Below are positions 37,603-48,580 of a stretch of 64,000 bases of DNA, in pieces. The stretch comes from Mobula hypostoma (lineage: Eukaryota), in assembly GCF_963921235.1 (NCBI RefSeq), contig NC_086097.1, forward strand, positions 102,984,001 through 103,048,000. The letters run 5' to 3'. The notes below the pieces were generated by a model that was given only the letters and a program-made list of their open reading frames with translations, searched no databases and had not been told where the DNA came from. The translations under genes and the position numbers were made by a program. Positions within the stretch are counted from its first letter, which is position 1, and every line of letters starts with the position of its first letter.

Positions 37603-38864
37603 CAGGTTTCCCCCACTATCCGAAGGTAGAACTTTCCTATGAAACAGTTCGTAAGCTGGAATGTTGTAAAGTGAATAAGCAATTACCGTTTATTAATATG
37701 GGAAAAATCTTTGAGAGTTCCCAGACCCAAAAAATAACCTACAAAATCATGCAAAATAACACATAAAACCTAAAATAACAGTAACATATAGTAAAAGCAG
37801 GAATGATATGATAAATACACAGCCTATATAAAGTAGAAATACTTTTCTACAGCACTGTCTAGCGCAGTGAAAATCTCATGGCAGCACTCTTGGCGGAAGT
37901 GCTCTCGGCAGAAACACGGCACAAGCGCTCTCGGCAGAAGCACTCTCTCCAGTAACCTTTAAGCTATGAAGCTGCCAAATCATACCAAATAACACAAAAA
38001 TACACAGCCTATATAAAGTAGAAATAATGTATGTACTGTGTCGTTTCACTTACTGGAATTGGGAAGACTCCAATAAATTGCAATTTCGTCACAGGTAAAT
38101 ACTTGCTCATACGAATAACCACCTTCTATAATTATTTTCTTCAGTTCTGCTGGGAACTTTTCGGCAGCTTCAGTATCAGCTGAAGCACTCTCTCCGGTAA
38201 ACGTTAAACTATGAAGCTGCCCTCGCCTCAGAAACCAATCAAACCACCCATGACTACCTTTAAATTCCACTTTAGCAACACTTTCATCACCATCGTCCAG
38301 TGCTTTCTGTTTCAGCTTATTAAAAAGACTGACTGATTTCTCCTTAAGTATAAGAAAACTTAATGGAACATCACGCTTTGTACACCCATCAATCCACTCA
38401 AGCAATAGACTTTCCATTTTATTCATTATTGGATGCCGACTAAGAGAGACCACTTTGCTACGAGCAGAACCAACAGTAACATCAGCAGCTTTCAAAATTC
38501 TTTCTCTCTATGTATAAGTAGTGCAAATGGTGGACGCAGGCAAGTTCAATGCGCAATGTCCTTACTTCGTTCACCACAATTGCTTTACGCTAAGTGTAAC
38601 ACCCTTACGAGCTCTTTTAGGCTTTTCCGATACCTTAGAACTCATCTTGCTAACGGATGCACAAGATAAATTGAGATAAAGCGCGTGTTTAAGCAATGGC
38701 AGCTAGAATGCAGTTCCGGGGAAGGAGCTTGGCTGTTCGGGCGTGCGCTGCCTTTTTTCATAACAGTGAAAACACCTTCTGTTAGCGAAAACAGGTAATT
38801 AATGTAGGTCTTTCATAACAGCGAGTTGTCGTAAAGTGAACGTTCGGAAAGCGGGGGCCACCTG
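37603..38864 (-). mobile_element. Tigger/pogo DNA transposon, internally deleted (keeps N-terminal CENP-B-type HTH region)
   Basis: TA TSD and imperfect TIRs CAGGTTTCCCCCACTATCCGAA / CAGGTGGCCCCCGCTTTCCGAA. ORF 38046-38495 has FKGSHGWFDWF...GESASAD...QVFTCDE. Confidence 0.9.
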
Positions 38865-39534
38865 TATAAGCATCTTCACTAGCCAGATGTTCTAATGCTG
38901 AGTGAAGAACAAATGAAACATCTGCTGTTGATATGTTGTGACGATAGGCAAATTGGAATGGATTCAAATCATTCCTGAGGCAGGAGTTGATATGCCTCGT
39001 GATCAACCTCGCAAAGCCCTTCATCATAGTGGATGCGAGTGCTACTGGACATTAGTCAAAGCAGGTTACCACTTTCTTCTTGAGCATCCACTAGAAGTCA
39101 GGGATGATGGCATTGCTGGATGATTCCAGGAAATGAGTAAGTTTCGATGGGGATCAGAGGGAAGTAGTAATAATAATGTTAGAAGATTTGGAATAGCTTA
39201 TGAAAATATATGGACTACTCCAAGGTGTTTTTTTTAAAAAAAAAAGTCAATGGGAAGAGGTCAATTTCAATGTAATAGGAACTGATCTGGCTTGGATAAA
39301 TTGGATTTAAGCTTTGTGGGCATTTCTGTACTTGATCAATGGAACCATTTTAATGTAAAGAGATCAGCTATGTAGGTAATGTTTGGAGTAAGGAATTAAA
39401 GCAAGTTGATAGGTGACAGATAAAATTTAATGCTGAGCAATATAAATTGGCATATTTTTCAGAAGAATGAAAGGAGGCATTATAAATTTGGGCATCATTC
39501 CAAAAGGCTTGCAAGAACAGACATGGTTATACGT

Positions 39535-41570
39535 GCAACACACATAAAAATTGCTGGTGAATGCAGCAGGCCAGGCAGCATCTCTAGGAAGAGGTACAGT
39601 CGACTAACTGAAAGAAGAGCTAGTAAGAGATTTGAAAGTGGGAGGGGGTGAGGGAGATCCGAAATGATAGGAGAAGACAGGAGGGGGAGGGATGGAGCCA
39701 AGAGCTGGACAGTTGATTGGCAAAAGGGATATGAGGAGATCATGGAACAGGAGGCCTAGGGAGAAAGAAAGGGGGGGGGGAAGCCCAGAGGATAGGCAAG
39801 GGATATAGTCAGAGGGACAGAGGGAGAAAAAGGAGAGAGAGAAAGAATGTGTGTATATAAATAAAGAATGGATAGGGTACGAGGGGGAGGTGGGGCATAA
39901 GTGGAAGTTTGAGAAATCGATGTTCATGCCATCAGGTTGGAGGCTACCCAGAAGGAATACAAGGTGTTGTTCCTCCAACCTGAGTGTGGCTTCATCTTTA
40001 CAGTAGAGGAGGCCGTGGATAGACATATCAGAATGGGAATAGGACGTGGAATTAAAATGTGTGGCCACTGGGAGATCCTGCTTTCTCTGGCTGACAGCGT
40101 GTAGGTGTTCAGCGAAACGATCTCCCAGTCTGCGTCGGTTCTCACCAATATATAGAAGGCCACATCAGGAGCACCGGATGCAGTATATCACCCCAGCTGA
40201 CTCACAGGTGAAGTGTCACCTGGAAGGACTGTTTGGGGCCCTGAATGGTAGTGAGGGAGGAAGTGTAAGGGTATGTGTAGCACTTGTTCTGCTTACAAGG
40301 ATAAGTGCCAGGAGGGAGATCGGTGGGGAGGGATGGGGGGACGAATGGACAAGGGAGTCGCGTAGGGAGCGATCCCTGCGGAAAGCAGAGGGGGGGAGGG
40401 AAAGATGCGCTTAGTGGTGGGATTCCGTTGGAGGTGGCGGAAGTTACGGAGAATTATATGTTGGATCCGGAGGCTGGTGGGGTGGCAGGTGAGGACCAGG
40501 GGAACCCTATTCCTAGTGGGGTGGCGGGAGGATGGAGTGAGAGCAGATGTGCGTGAAATGGGGGAGATGCGTTTGAGAGCAGAGTTGATGGTGGAGGAAG
40601 GGAAGCCCCTTTCTTTTTAAAAAAAAAAGGAGGCCATCTCCTTTGTCCTGGAATGAAAAGCCTCATCCTGAGAGCAAATGCGGTGGAGATGGAGGAATTG
40701 CGAGAAGGGGATGGCACTTTTTCAAGAGACACGGTGAGAAGAGGAATAGTCCAGATAGCTGTGAGAGTCAGTAGGCTTATAGTAGACATCAGTAGATAAG
40801 CTGTCTCCAGAGATGGAGACAGAAAGATCTAGAAAGCAGGGGAAGTGTCGGAAATGGACCAGGTAAACTTGAGGGCAGGGTGAAAGTTAGAGGCAAAGTT
40901 AATGAAGTCAACGAGCTCAGCATACGTGCAGGAAGAAGCGCCAATGCAGTCGTCGATGTAGCAAAGAAAAGTGGGGGACAGATACCAGAATAGGTTTGGA
41001 ACATAGATTGTTCCACAAAGCCAACAAAAAGGCAGGCATAGCTAGGACCCATATGGGTGCCCATGGCTGCACCTTTAGTTTGTAGGAAGTGGGAGGAGCC
41101 AAAGGAGAAATTATTAAGAGTAAGGACTAATTCCGCTAGACGGAGCAGAGTGGTGGTAGAGGGGAACTGGTTGTGTCTGGAATCCAAAAAGAAGTGGAGA
41201 GCTTTGAGACCTTCCTGATGGGGGATGGAAGTATATAAGGACTGGACATCCATGGTGAAAATAAAGCGGTGGGGGCCAGGGAACTTAAAATAATCGAAAA
41301 GTTTCAGAGCGTGAGAAGTGACACGCACATAGGTCGGAAGGGATTGAACAAGGGGGGATAAAACCGTGTCGAGGTATACAGAAACGAGTTTGGTGGGGCA
41401 GGAGCAAGCTGAGACAATAGGTCTACCAGGGCAGGCAGTTTTGTGGATCTTGGGTAGGAGGTAGAAATGGGAAGTGCGGGGTGTGGGAACTATAAGGTTG
41501 GTAGCAGTGGATGGGAGATCCTCTGAGTGGATAAAGTCAGTCATGGTGTGGGAAACAATGGCCTGGTGCT
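39535..41570 (-). mobile_element. Penelope-like element, about 2 kb RT + GIY-YIG + terminal repeat, decayed
   Basis: FYLLPKIHK...PGRPIVS, MDVQSLYTSIP, KGAAMGTHMGPSYACLF (40789-41544), YIDD in a shifted frame near 40950, then GIY-YIG. No TSD found. Confidence 0.92.
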
Positions 41571-42127
41571 TAGTTTATTGAAACTGGCAGAGCATGCAGT
41601 ATGTAAAGACTATTTAAACTATTTGGAATAATTTATTTTATGAAGATACCCCAAGTAACACAAGAAAATCATTTTTGTTAGTAGAGGGGTTTGATCATGT
41701 ATTCATTGTTGGTTTGTGGGTGCTGTGCTTAAGGAAGGATGTCAGTCTTTTGAGAAGAGATTACTAAAATGATTCCTGTGAAGAGGAATTTTTTGTTTGG
41801 TTATGTCGATGAACTGGAATATTTGAAATTTTTTTCTTGGAACAGAGAAGAGTTCTGATTAATTGCAATCATGAATGGTGGATAGAGCTGTCAAGAATGA
41901 AGGGAATTAGGGGGAATGATTTTGATTTGCAAAAGAACCAAAATTAAAACAAGAAAATGTTTGTATACAGTGAGTGCTGAGTCTGGCATGCAAGAAGACT
42001 GGGTTTAGAAGGGAGCTGAATGAACTTGTAGGACTCTGTGGAGACAGTGGAGTGGGATTTGTAGAAATTCTTTTTCATGGAATTCCTTTAGACTTGAGCC
42101 GTTTCACTTCCTTCCATGGGTAATATA

Positions 42128-43623
42128 CAGGTTTCCCCCACCATCCAAAAGTAAAGTGTTCCTATGAAACGGTTCATAAGCCGGAATGTCGTAAAGTGAA
42201 GAAGCAGTTACCATTAATTTATATGGGAAAAATTTGTGAGTGTTCGCAGACCCAAAAATAACCTACCAAATCATGCCAAATAACACATAAAACCTAAAAT
42301 AACAGTGACATATAGTAAAAGCAGGAATGATATGATGAATACACAGCCTATATAAAGTAGAAATACTTTTCCACAATCATTGCCGCACTGTTCTCCATAG
42401 CGAAAATCTCGCCAAGCGCTCTCGGCCGAAACACGGCAAAAACACTCTGTCCAGTAACCTTTAGGCTATGAAGCTGTCAAATCATATCAAATAACACCTA
42501 AAAATACACAGCCTATACAAAGTAGAAATAATGTATGTACAGTGTAGTATCACTTACGGGAATTGAGAAGATATCGAGCACACTGATCATGGTGTGTTAG
42601 GCTGAGTCGTCGGAGGTTGGGGTCGTGCAGTGGCCCCCACCATCCGGGCAGCGACCCAATACCGATGCGCGAAGCATGCAGTAGTTGTAAATGTTGGCCC
42701 AGATCAGAGGCGACGCAATCAGCAATCGCCTTGGATCTGGGTCGACATTTACGTGCCGGGCGGCACCTAATTAATTAGCTTGTTTATTTTGGCTTTTTTT
42801 TAAAAGATGTGTTACCGCTGCATTCTTCGCGGATCGGTATCTGTCCGCAGCCCGGGGGCTGGGGTGGTGGGACACTGGGGTGTCGTCTGTTTCCATCAGG
42901 GCAGGCAGGTCATCTTCTATGACTGCCTGCCTCGATGTCGAAGGTCGAGGTTCGTCATCTGCTGTGGCTGATGTGGAAAGCTTGCTTGACTGCTTAGCCG
43001 CACACATTTTTAGATCATACAGTTCTTTGTAAGGACTCAAACCATCCTGCAAATATGCCCTAAACCGACGTACCCTTTCAAAATTAAAGTCGTACTTTAT
43101 CATTGCAGCGAAAATCTCACGCAGTTGCTTCATGTTCAGTTCCTGGACGACTTTACTTTCAGTCCGTTCGCTACTGCATTCAGTTTCAATTGTTATCCTT
43201 TCCTCTTCCAATTACATCAGTTCTTCATCTATCAGTTCTTGGTCATGGGATGCCAAAATCTCTTCAACATGATCTTCATCAACTTCCACAAGCCAAACTC
43301 ACTTTGTCCTTACTTCGTTCACCATGATTGAAACGCTTAATTATGTCTAGTTTTACACTAAGTGTAACACCCTTACGAGCTCTTTCAGGCTTTTCCGATA
43401 CCTTAGAACTCATCTTGCAAACGGATGCTCACAGGCACATGTTTAAGCAATGCCGGCTAGAATGCAGATCCGAATCCGGGGGAGAATGGCTGCTCGGGGC
43501 GCGCGCTGCCTTTTTCCGTAACGGTGAAAAAAACCTTCTGTTAGCGAAAACAGGTAACTAATGTAGGTCTTTCGTAACAGTGAGGTTTCGTAAAGCGAAC
43601 GTTCCAAAAGCAGGGGACACCTG
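42128..43623 (-). mobile_element. Tigger/pogo DNA transposon, internally deleted (keeps acidic C-terminal region)
   Basis: TA TSD. Same TIRs and subterminal sequence as 37603-38864. ORF 42771-43211. Confidence 0.88.
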
Positions 43624-43795
43624 TACATTCATTTTTTGGTTGAAAGTTAACAGTACCCTTCAAAAACTAGATCCAAGATGGTGAGATTTAGAAGGCTGTA
43701 CTAATCAGGAACTTTTGGCCTTGGACTGTTAGGAACAATATTTCGGACCTCAACTGAATTTTAATTGTGTTTACCTAGAAGCAGGCTTTCTGCTT

Positions 43796-43926
43796 CGTTC
43801 TGACAAAGGGTCTCGGCCTGAAATGTCGACTGCACCTCTTCCTACAGATGCTGCCTGGCCTGCTGCGTCCACCAGCAACTTTGATGTGTGTTGCTTGAAT
43901 TTCCAGCATCTGCAGAATTCCTGTTG
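43796..43926 (+). mobile_element. Penelope-derived hammerhead mini-element (CUGACAA core mutation)
   Basis: TSD TTTCTGCTT at 43787-43795 and 43927-43935. Starts at the ribozyme and ends at the full 3' terminus. Confidence 0.88.
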
Positions 43927-44640
43927 TTTCTGCTTTAATGTTATTTCTATCTATTGTGTACTTTGTTCCTGCCAGTATTCTTAATTTTTTTTATGAGAAC
44001 AGTAACTCAAAGAATCAATATTACTACACTAGCTCTCTCAATCACACGTATTAAATATATTTTCAAACAATCGAGAGAAATGTGATGATTCTGGGAGATG
44101 TAGAAGAGATTCTGTCAGCAAATTATTATGAAATTGAGTCATAACATAGGCAACTTTGCAGTGTCCCTGCCTTGAATGTGATGAATTGCATCAGGTTGAT
44201 GGTGAGGCTGACCTGTAATATACGTGTCATCTTCATGAATTATTTCACGTTACTTTTGGAACACAGGAAGCTTTTTTTTCTCCAACTGACCCATAAAATT
44301 CGTCTTTAAGCATAGTTCATTATAAGGATCTGAAAACAACTTCAATATATGGGGCACAGAAGTATTTATTGTAAAGCAGTTTTCAGGGGAAAAAGTTCAT
44401 TCCTGTTATTTTCAACATTCAGGTGAAAAAGCTGAAAATGTTGACATTGTGGCTCTTTTCTTTGCTTAAAACTAATTTGAATTCACCTGTACTATTTCGA
44501 ACAGTGTGCAGCTCTTTCCTGGAGACTGAGTGCACACTTCTTTTGCTATGAACTTATCATGATGCCCCACTTTTTGGATCTGCAAGTTTTCATTGGCAAT
44601 AATGTGATAAAGAATCAAGTTATTAATTTTACCAGATAAT

Positions 44641-44753
44641 TCATTTTGATTTGTATTTTTAATCGCAGCTTAAATGGAACCAACTTTTGCAGCTGTGAAG
44701 ACTCAAGCTGAGTTGTGCACTGTATAGCACCTATTCCAAAAGGGACCACAGTC
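44641..44753 (+). promoter_or_regulatory. TTBK2: Splice acceptor(s) and 5' UTR part of the TTBK2 start-codon exon
   Basis: T-rich tract ending in cgcAG at 44668, with a second candidate acceptor ttttgcAG at 44692. Non-repetitive sequence directly upstream of the ATG at 44754. Confidence 0.6.
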
Positions 44754-44822
44754 ATGAGCGGGGGAGGCGAGCAGCCTGACATATTGTCAGTCAGTTTTCT
44801 AGTAAAAGAACGGTGGAAAGTG
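44754..44822 (+). CDS. TTBK2: Tau-tubulin kinase 2, first coding exon (23 codons)
   Basis: Translates to MSGGGEQPDILSVSFLVKERWKV, matching the vertebrate TTBK2 N-terminus as I recall it (MSGGGEQ[L/P]DILSVGILVKERWKV). It is followed directly by a phase-0 donor GTAAGT at 44823. The next exon (LRKIGGGGFGEIY...) was not found in the window. Confidence 0.93.
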
Positions 44823-45271
44823 GTAAGTTTAACTAAGTTTAGTTATTTTCTCTACTTTAATAAAAGCTGGGAGGCAACAAACTCCAGCTTTGTTTTTAAA
44901 AGGAATGGAAAATTATGGAAATGCTGAACAGTTCATGTTTCGATGTAGGAGAAAATGTTAGTAATTTGAAGCAAAGATCCTTGTATTGAAAATCTTTAAT
45001 TTTGCTGAAAGTGTTCTCTATCAAATTTGCAAGTTAAATTAGTCAGCACTTCGAAGGTAAAATACTCTCACAGTTCTTAGTGGCTTCACAAAATTAAACC
45101 AAAGACATATGCTGACTTTTGTGATGAGATTGAAAAATAAATTGTGTTACATCAGAGTTTTTGAGTCACAGTAGCTTGAGTATGCTAATTCATGCCGTAA
45201 AAGATCTTTGTATGGGAAGGGCTTTTGATTGTCTGACTTGGTACATGGATTTCTCGTTATTGAGTTCTGGT

Positions 45272-46085
45272 TTAAGATGGTGCTGGTGAAGCACAGTGAC
45301 AATCTACAGATAGCAAACAAAACTATTAATTGCACTTTTTCTCAGATACGATCACTGCAATCAATAGCCTGAAACTTCTCTTTTGGGTTTGAGCTGTGGA
45401 ACTGTCTGTACGACCTAGCATTTTGCAGTGCGAACTGAAGTCTTGAAGGAGCAGGTCAGCTGTGGCGTGGTGTGTATGGGCTAAATCAAGGTGGCTTGGC
45501 CCGGGCATGAGAGCAGGGAATCAGCCAATGTTTGGCCATTGCTGTAGTGCACTTGATGTGGCAGAACTGAGGTGATGCAGGCTCAAGTGGTGGGCTCAAG
45601 TCCGAAAGCAAGGAAAGACCTGAAATTTGAAGTTCAAGTGCCAGGTTGAATTAGACAGATCAGGTCATGCTGAATCGAGGCGACGGAGTCCAGGCTAGTG
45701 TCCTTGAGTGAGGAACAACCTGGTCTTTGGATGATTTAAGCAGCGAACCAGATTGTAAAGATCAGGGTTTTAGGGCCAAGCGAGAGGGAAGGGCTGTTTC
45801 AGTTCAATGCTTCGTGAGGTTTACTCATCTCTATGCTGAGCTAAGCTGAAGTCACAGCTAATAGGCTGCTGAATCAGCCCCAGTGATGACTTGCATGGAC
45901 TTCAGTTCTGAATGTTATTTGCTTACTTTTATTGTTTGCACGCTGTGATTTTGTTTTTCCCTGTACATTGATGCTTGATGGTTTTTTTATGGACTCTATT
46001 GGCTTTCTTCGTTTTGTGGCTGCCCGTAAGGAGACGAATCTCAAGGTTGTATATGGTTTACGTACTTTGATGTGTACTTTGAATG
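45272..46085 (+). repeat. Probable non-autonomous Rex-related repeat
   Basis: Starts aagatggtg (compare 4865) and ends gaatctcaaggttgtatatgg...tactttgaa, like other Rex-type tails. No ORF. Confidence 0.4.
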
Positions 46086-46469
46086 TAAGATTCTATGAGA
46101 AAAATGCTTGTGGTCCTTGTTTCTCAGCAACTTATAAGGAAAGCCTTTAATATTTTAATAACTTGCTGAGTCTGCAGGTATACTTAGGAATAAATTTCTG
46201 CATAGTAAATGTTTTTGATCTTGACATGGAATATCTTTTTACACAGTAGTGGGTGACAGGGATGCCCTATTGGAGGTTGGAGTGAGGAGAAAATATGATG
46301 GAGGCCTTCAAGATACTCCTGGATAAGTGCAAGAAAGTGAAGAAAATGGAGTGGCATGGAGATTGTGTAGCCAGAAGGGATTAGTTCACTAGGTGCACAA
46401 TATTGTGGGCTGTGTTGTACTATTACTTTCTTCTACTTTTTCCTGACTAGGTAAATTAAAATTGATGGT

Positions 46470-47700
46470 TTCACTCTGGATATTTGGATTATATTTGCCT
46501 ATTGGGAATGGACATTGACCTGCACTGCAAATTCCAGGAAGACCCCTGATAGCCTTGTACAATTCCAATGTATAGGATAGAGGTGGACATTTGGGCTCAG
46601 AAAAGGCTTATCACAGAATGCTCTGTATTGTACATGGTGTACTCCATACAAGGTGATTTTAGGAGATAATTGTGATTGGTTACAATTGCCTTAGACATTA
46701 ACAAATTAACAGCTTGAGAAATAGAAAGCTTCCTAGTAAATGGTTAGGATCACTGTTTGATTTGTTTGTGGCATTGAGCCCATTGCTGGGAACATCAGGA
46801 AGGACAGTGGAATAGGCTTGTATTCACTGTCGGTTTACTGATGAGCATTTGCAACTATTTTGAGCAGGCTTTGAGGGCTAGAGTCCAAGTGAAAGTAAGG
46901 CTATGCACTTGGTGTCATCTGATCCCTGATACCCCTTTTTGTCATGTCTAATTACAATGATTGGAGGATCCAGGGCATGTTCCAAAAACTGGTGTTATTA
47001 ACTGTAATAATCTATTATAAATATCTGTGAAGAAAAGGGAGAGATTGGATGCCGTATGGCGTTCATTATGAGCTAATTTAGTGTACAGCTGCATTGATCT
47101 GCGAATCGACTCCAGAACTTCTAGGTACATAGAAGTACCTGCTGAGCTTCTCTTTGTCCCAATTATTGCTGCAGGCTGTTCCTGCCACCTGAGCATTTTA
47201 TCCAGAATATTTGAGAGGCAGTGATCCACATGGAATGATTTCAAAGTACTAAACAAAAGTGGTGCTGGATTCTGTTGAATGGTTTCTGAGTAGCTGTTTG
47301 AAGTCATTTGGCAGAATGTATCATTAGAGCTTTCAAACAAGCACAATGTCAGATACCAAGCAGTGTTTAATTGTTAGTGCCCAGTGCCCTGGAGCTGGCT
47401 GTGGGAGAATGAAGTAGTCATTCATGTACTTGTGGAATGCACATTTACCAAGAAGGCTTGGAAGGAGAAGCAGTGAGGTTGATGTACATCCTGACAACTG
47501 CTCAGCATATTATCTGTTACATAGATTGTTCCCAGGGACACAGGCAAATATCAGCTGTTGCTAGAAGACCACCAGTTTACTGAAAGATGGGGTCTGAACT
47601 CAGTGACTTTGCAGTACAAAAGTTTGGTTTAAAAAAAAGCTACAGTATAAAACCATGCTATCAAGCCAAACATGACTGGGCTCTGTGGCTTTCAAAATAA
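46470..47700 (+). mobile_element. Highly decayed Tx1/L1-clade LINE fragment
   Basis: Around 47385-47475: CPGAGCG / ENEVVIHVLVECTFTKKAWK (frameshifted), a C-terminal CCHC knuckle typical of Tx1/L1 ORF2. Boundaries approximate. Confidence 0.5.
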
Positions 47701-48274
47701 AAACCTCCTTGGACTAGGTGATGAAGGACTCCACATAAAAGAATATTGATATCCTGCTCGTGTTATGCAAATGAAATAGCATTTCTTATGATATATTCTT
47801 GAAAATAATCTTATTCTGTTAACATGTGCATTTGATTTTTTTTTGCAGTCGGAATGGTTGCTTTTTATCTTGGTGTCCTCCATTCCATGATATCTCAAAG
47901 TTCATTTTAGCAGTTAATTCTGTTACTCATGGAGTGGTGTCCAGATAAAGTCTCTTCATTCATTAAGCAGATGAATTGAATGCCAGTTCTGTGGATCAGA
48001 TGCTCTTTGGAGTGATTAATAACCTCCATTTCTATTTATTTTATTAAATGTAAAACCTGAAAAATACCAAGAATGTGAAAGCATTTGGGTCATTTTTTGT
48101 TTCCATTATTTAATATGCTTCTATATCTGTTAACATTTTGCTTCTATAATTTGTTAAGTGACTGGCTGTTGGATAAAGATTATACAGATAAAAATTGAAA
48201 TATGAAAAAAAAGTGGGGGAAGATATGTTCTAATAAGACTGGCAGTCTAAGGATAAGAGGTAGAAATCTGATGT

Positions 48275-48525
48275 TGTGGCGTCCCGCACATGCGGGACTC
48301 AAACTGCCATCTGGAGCCGCGGGCAGACACGCGGCAGCGTGTTTGGAACTACCTGCTTGGGGAGGACTTTCCGGGGACAGTCTGATGTCACGTCCGCCCC
48401 GCGGGTCGCAGGGGCCTATGGGAGGGAAGATTTAAGCGTGCAATTTTGAATCAGTAAAGGCATTCTGAGTTCAGATCTCTCTGCCTCCGTGTGTTTCTTT
48501 AGTGGTGCGTTTGCGCGCGACTACA
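48275..48525 (+). repeat. Gypsy 5' LTR (251 bp)
   Basis: TGTGGCGTCC...GACTACA, a direct repeat of 52285-52531. Confidence 0.95.
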
Positions 48526-48526
48526 T

Positions 48527-48541
48527 TGGTGACCCTGACAT
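48527..48541 (+). promoter_or_regulatory. Primer binding site, tRNA-Trp-like
   Basis: TGGTGACCCTGACAT versus the tRNA-Trp PBS TGGTGACCCCGACGT. Both differences are CpG-type transitions. Confidence 0.75.
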
Positions 48542-48580
48542 TCCAGATGGCATCTGCAGCCAGCGACTCAGCGACCAACC

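Larger units (their letters stand above)
36175..39085 (-). mobile_element. Rex1/Babar-like LINE hosting a SINE and a Tigger insertion
   Basis: MKGFARLI...FQFAYRHNISTAD (38782-39027) and NHLSLNISKIRELI...KKAQQHLHFLRSLRRF (36729-37019). LINE sequence resumes across both insertions. Confidence 0.85.

Noticed and set aside
44715..44927. 70-aa ORF from the track as a full protein
   Set aside because: Only 44754-44822 is TTBK2. The upstream part starts at a non-ATG codon in the UTR and the downstream part is intron after the GT donor.
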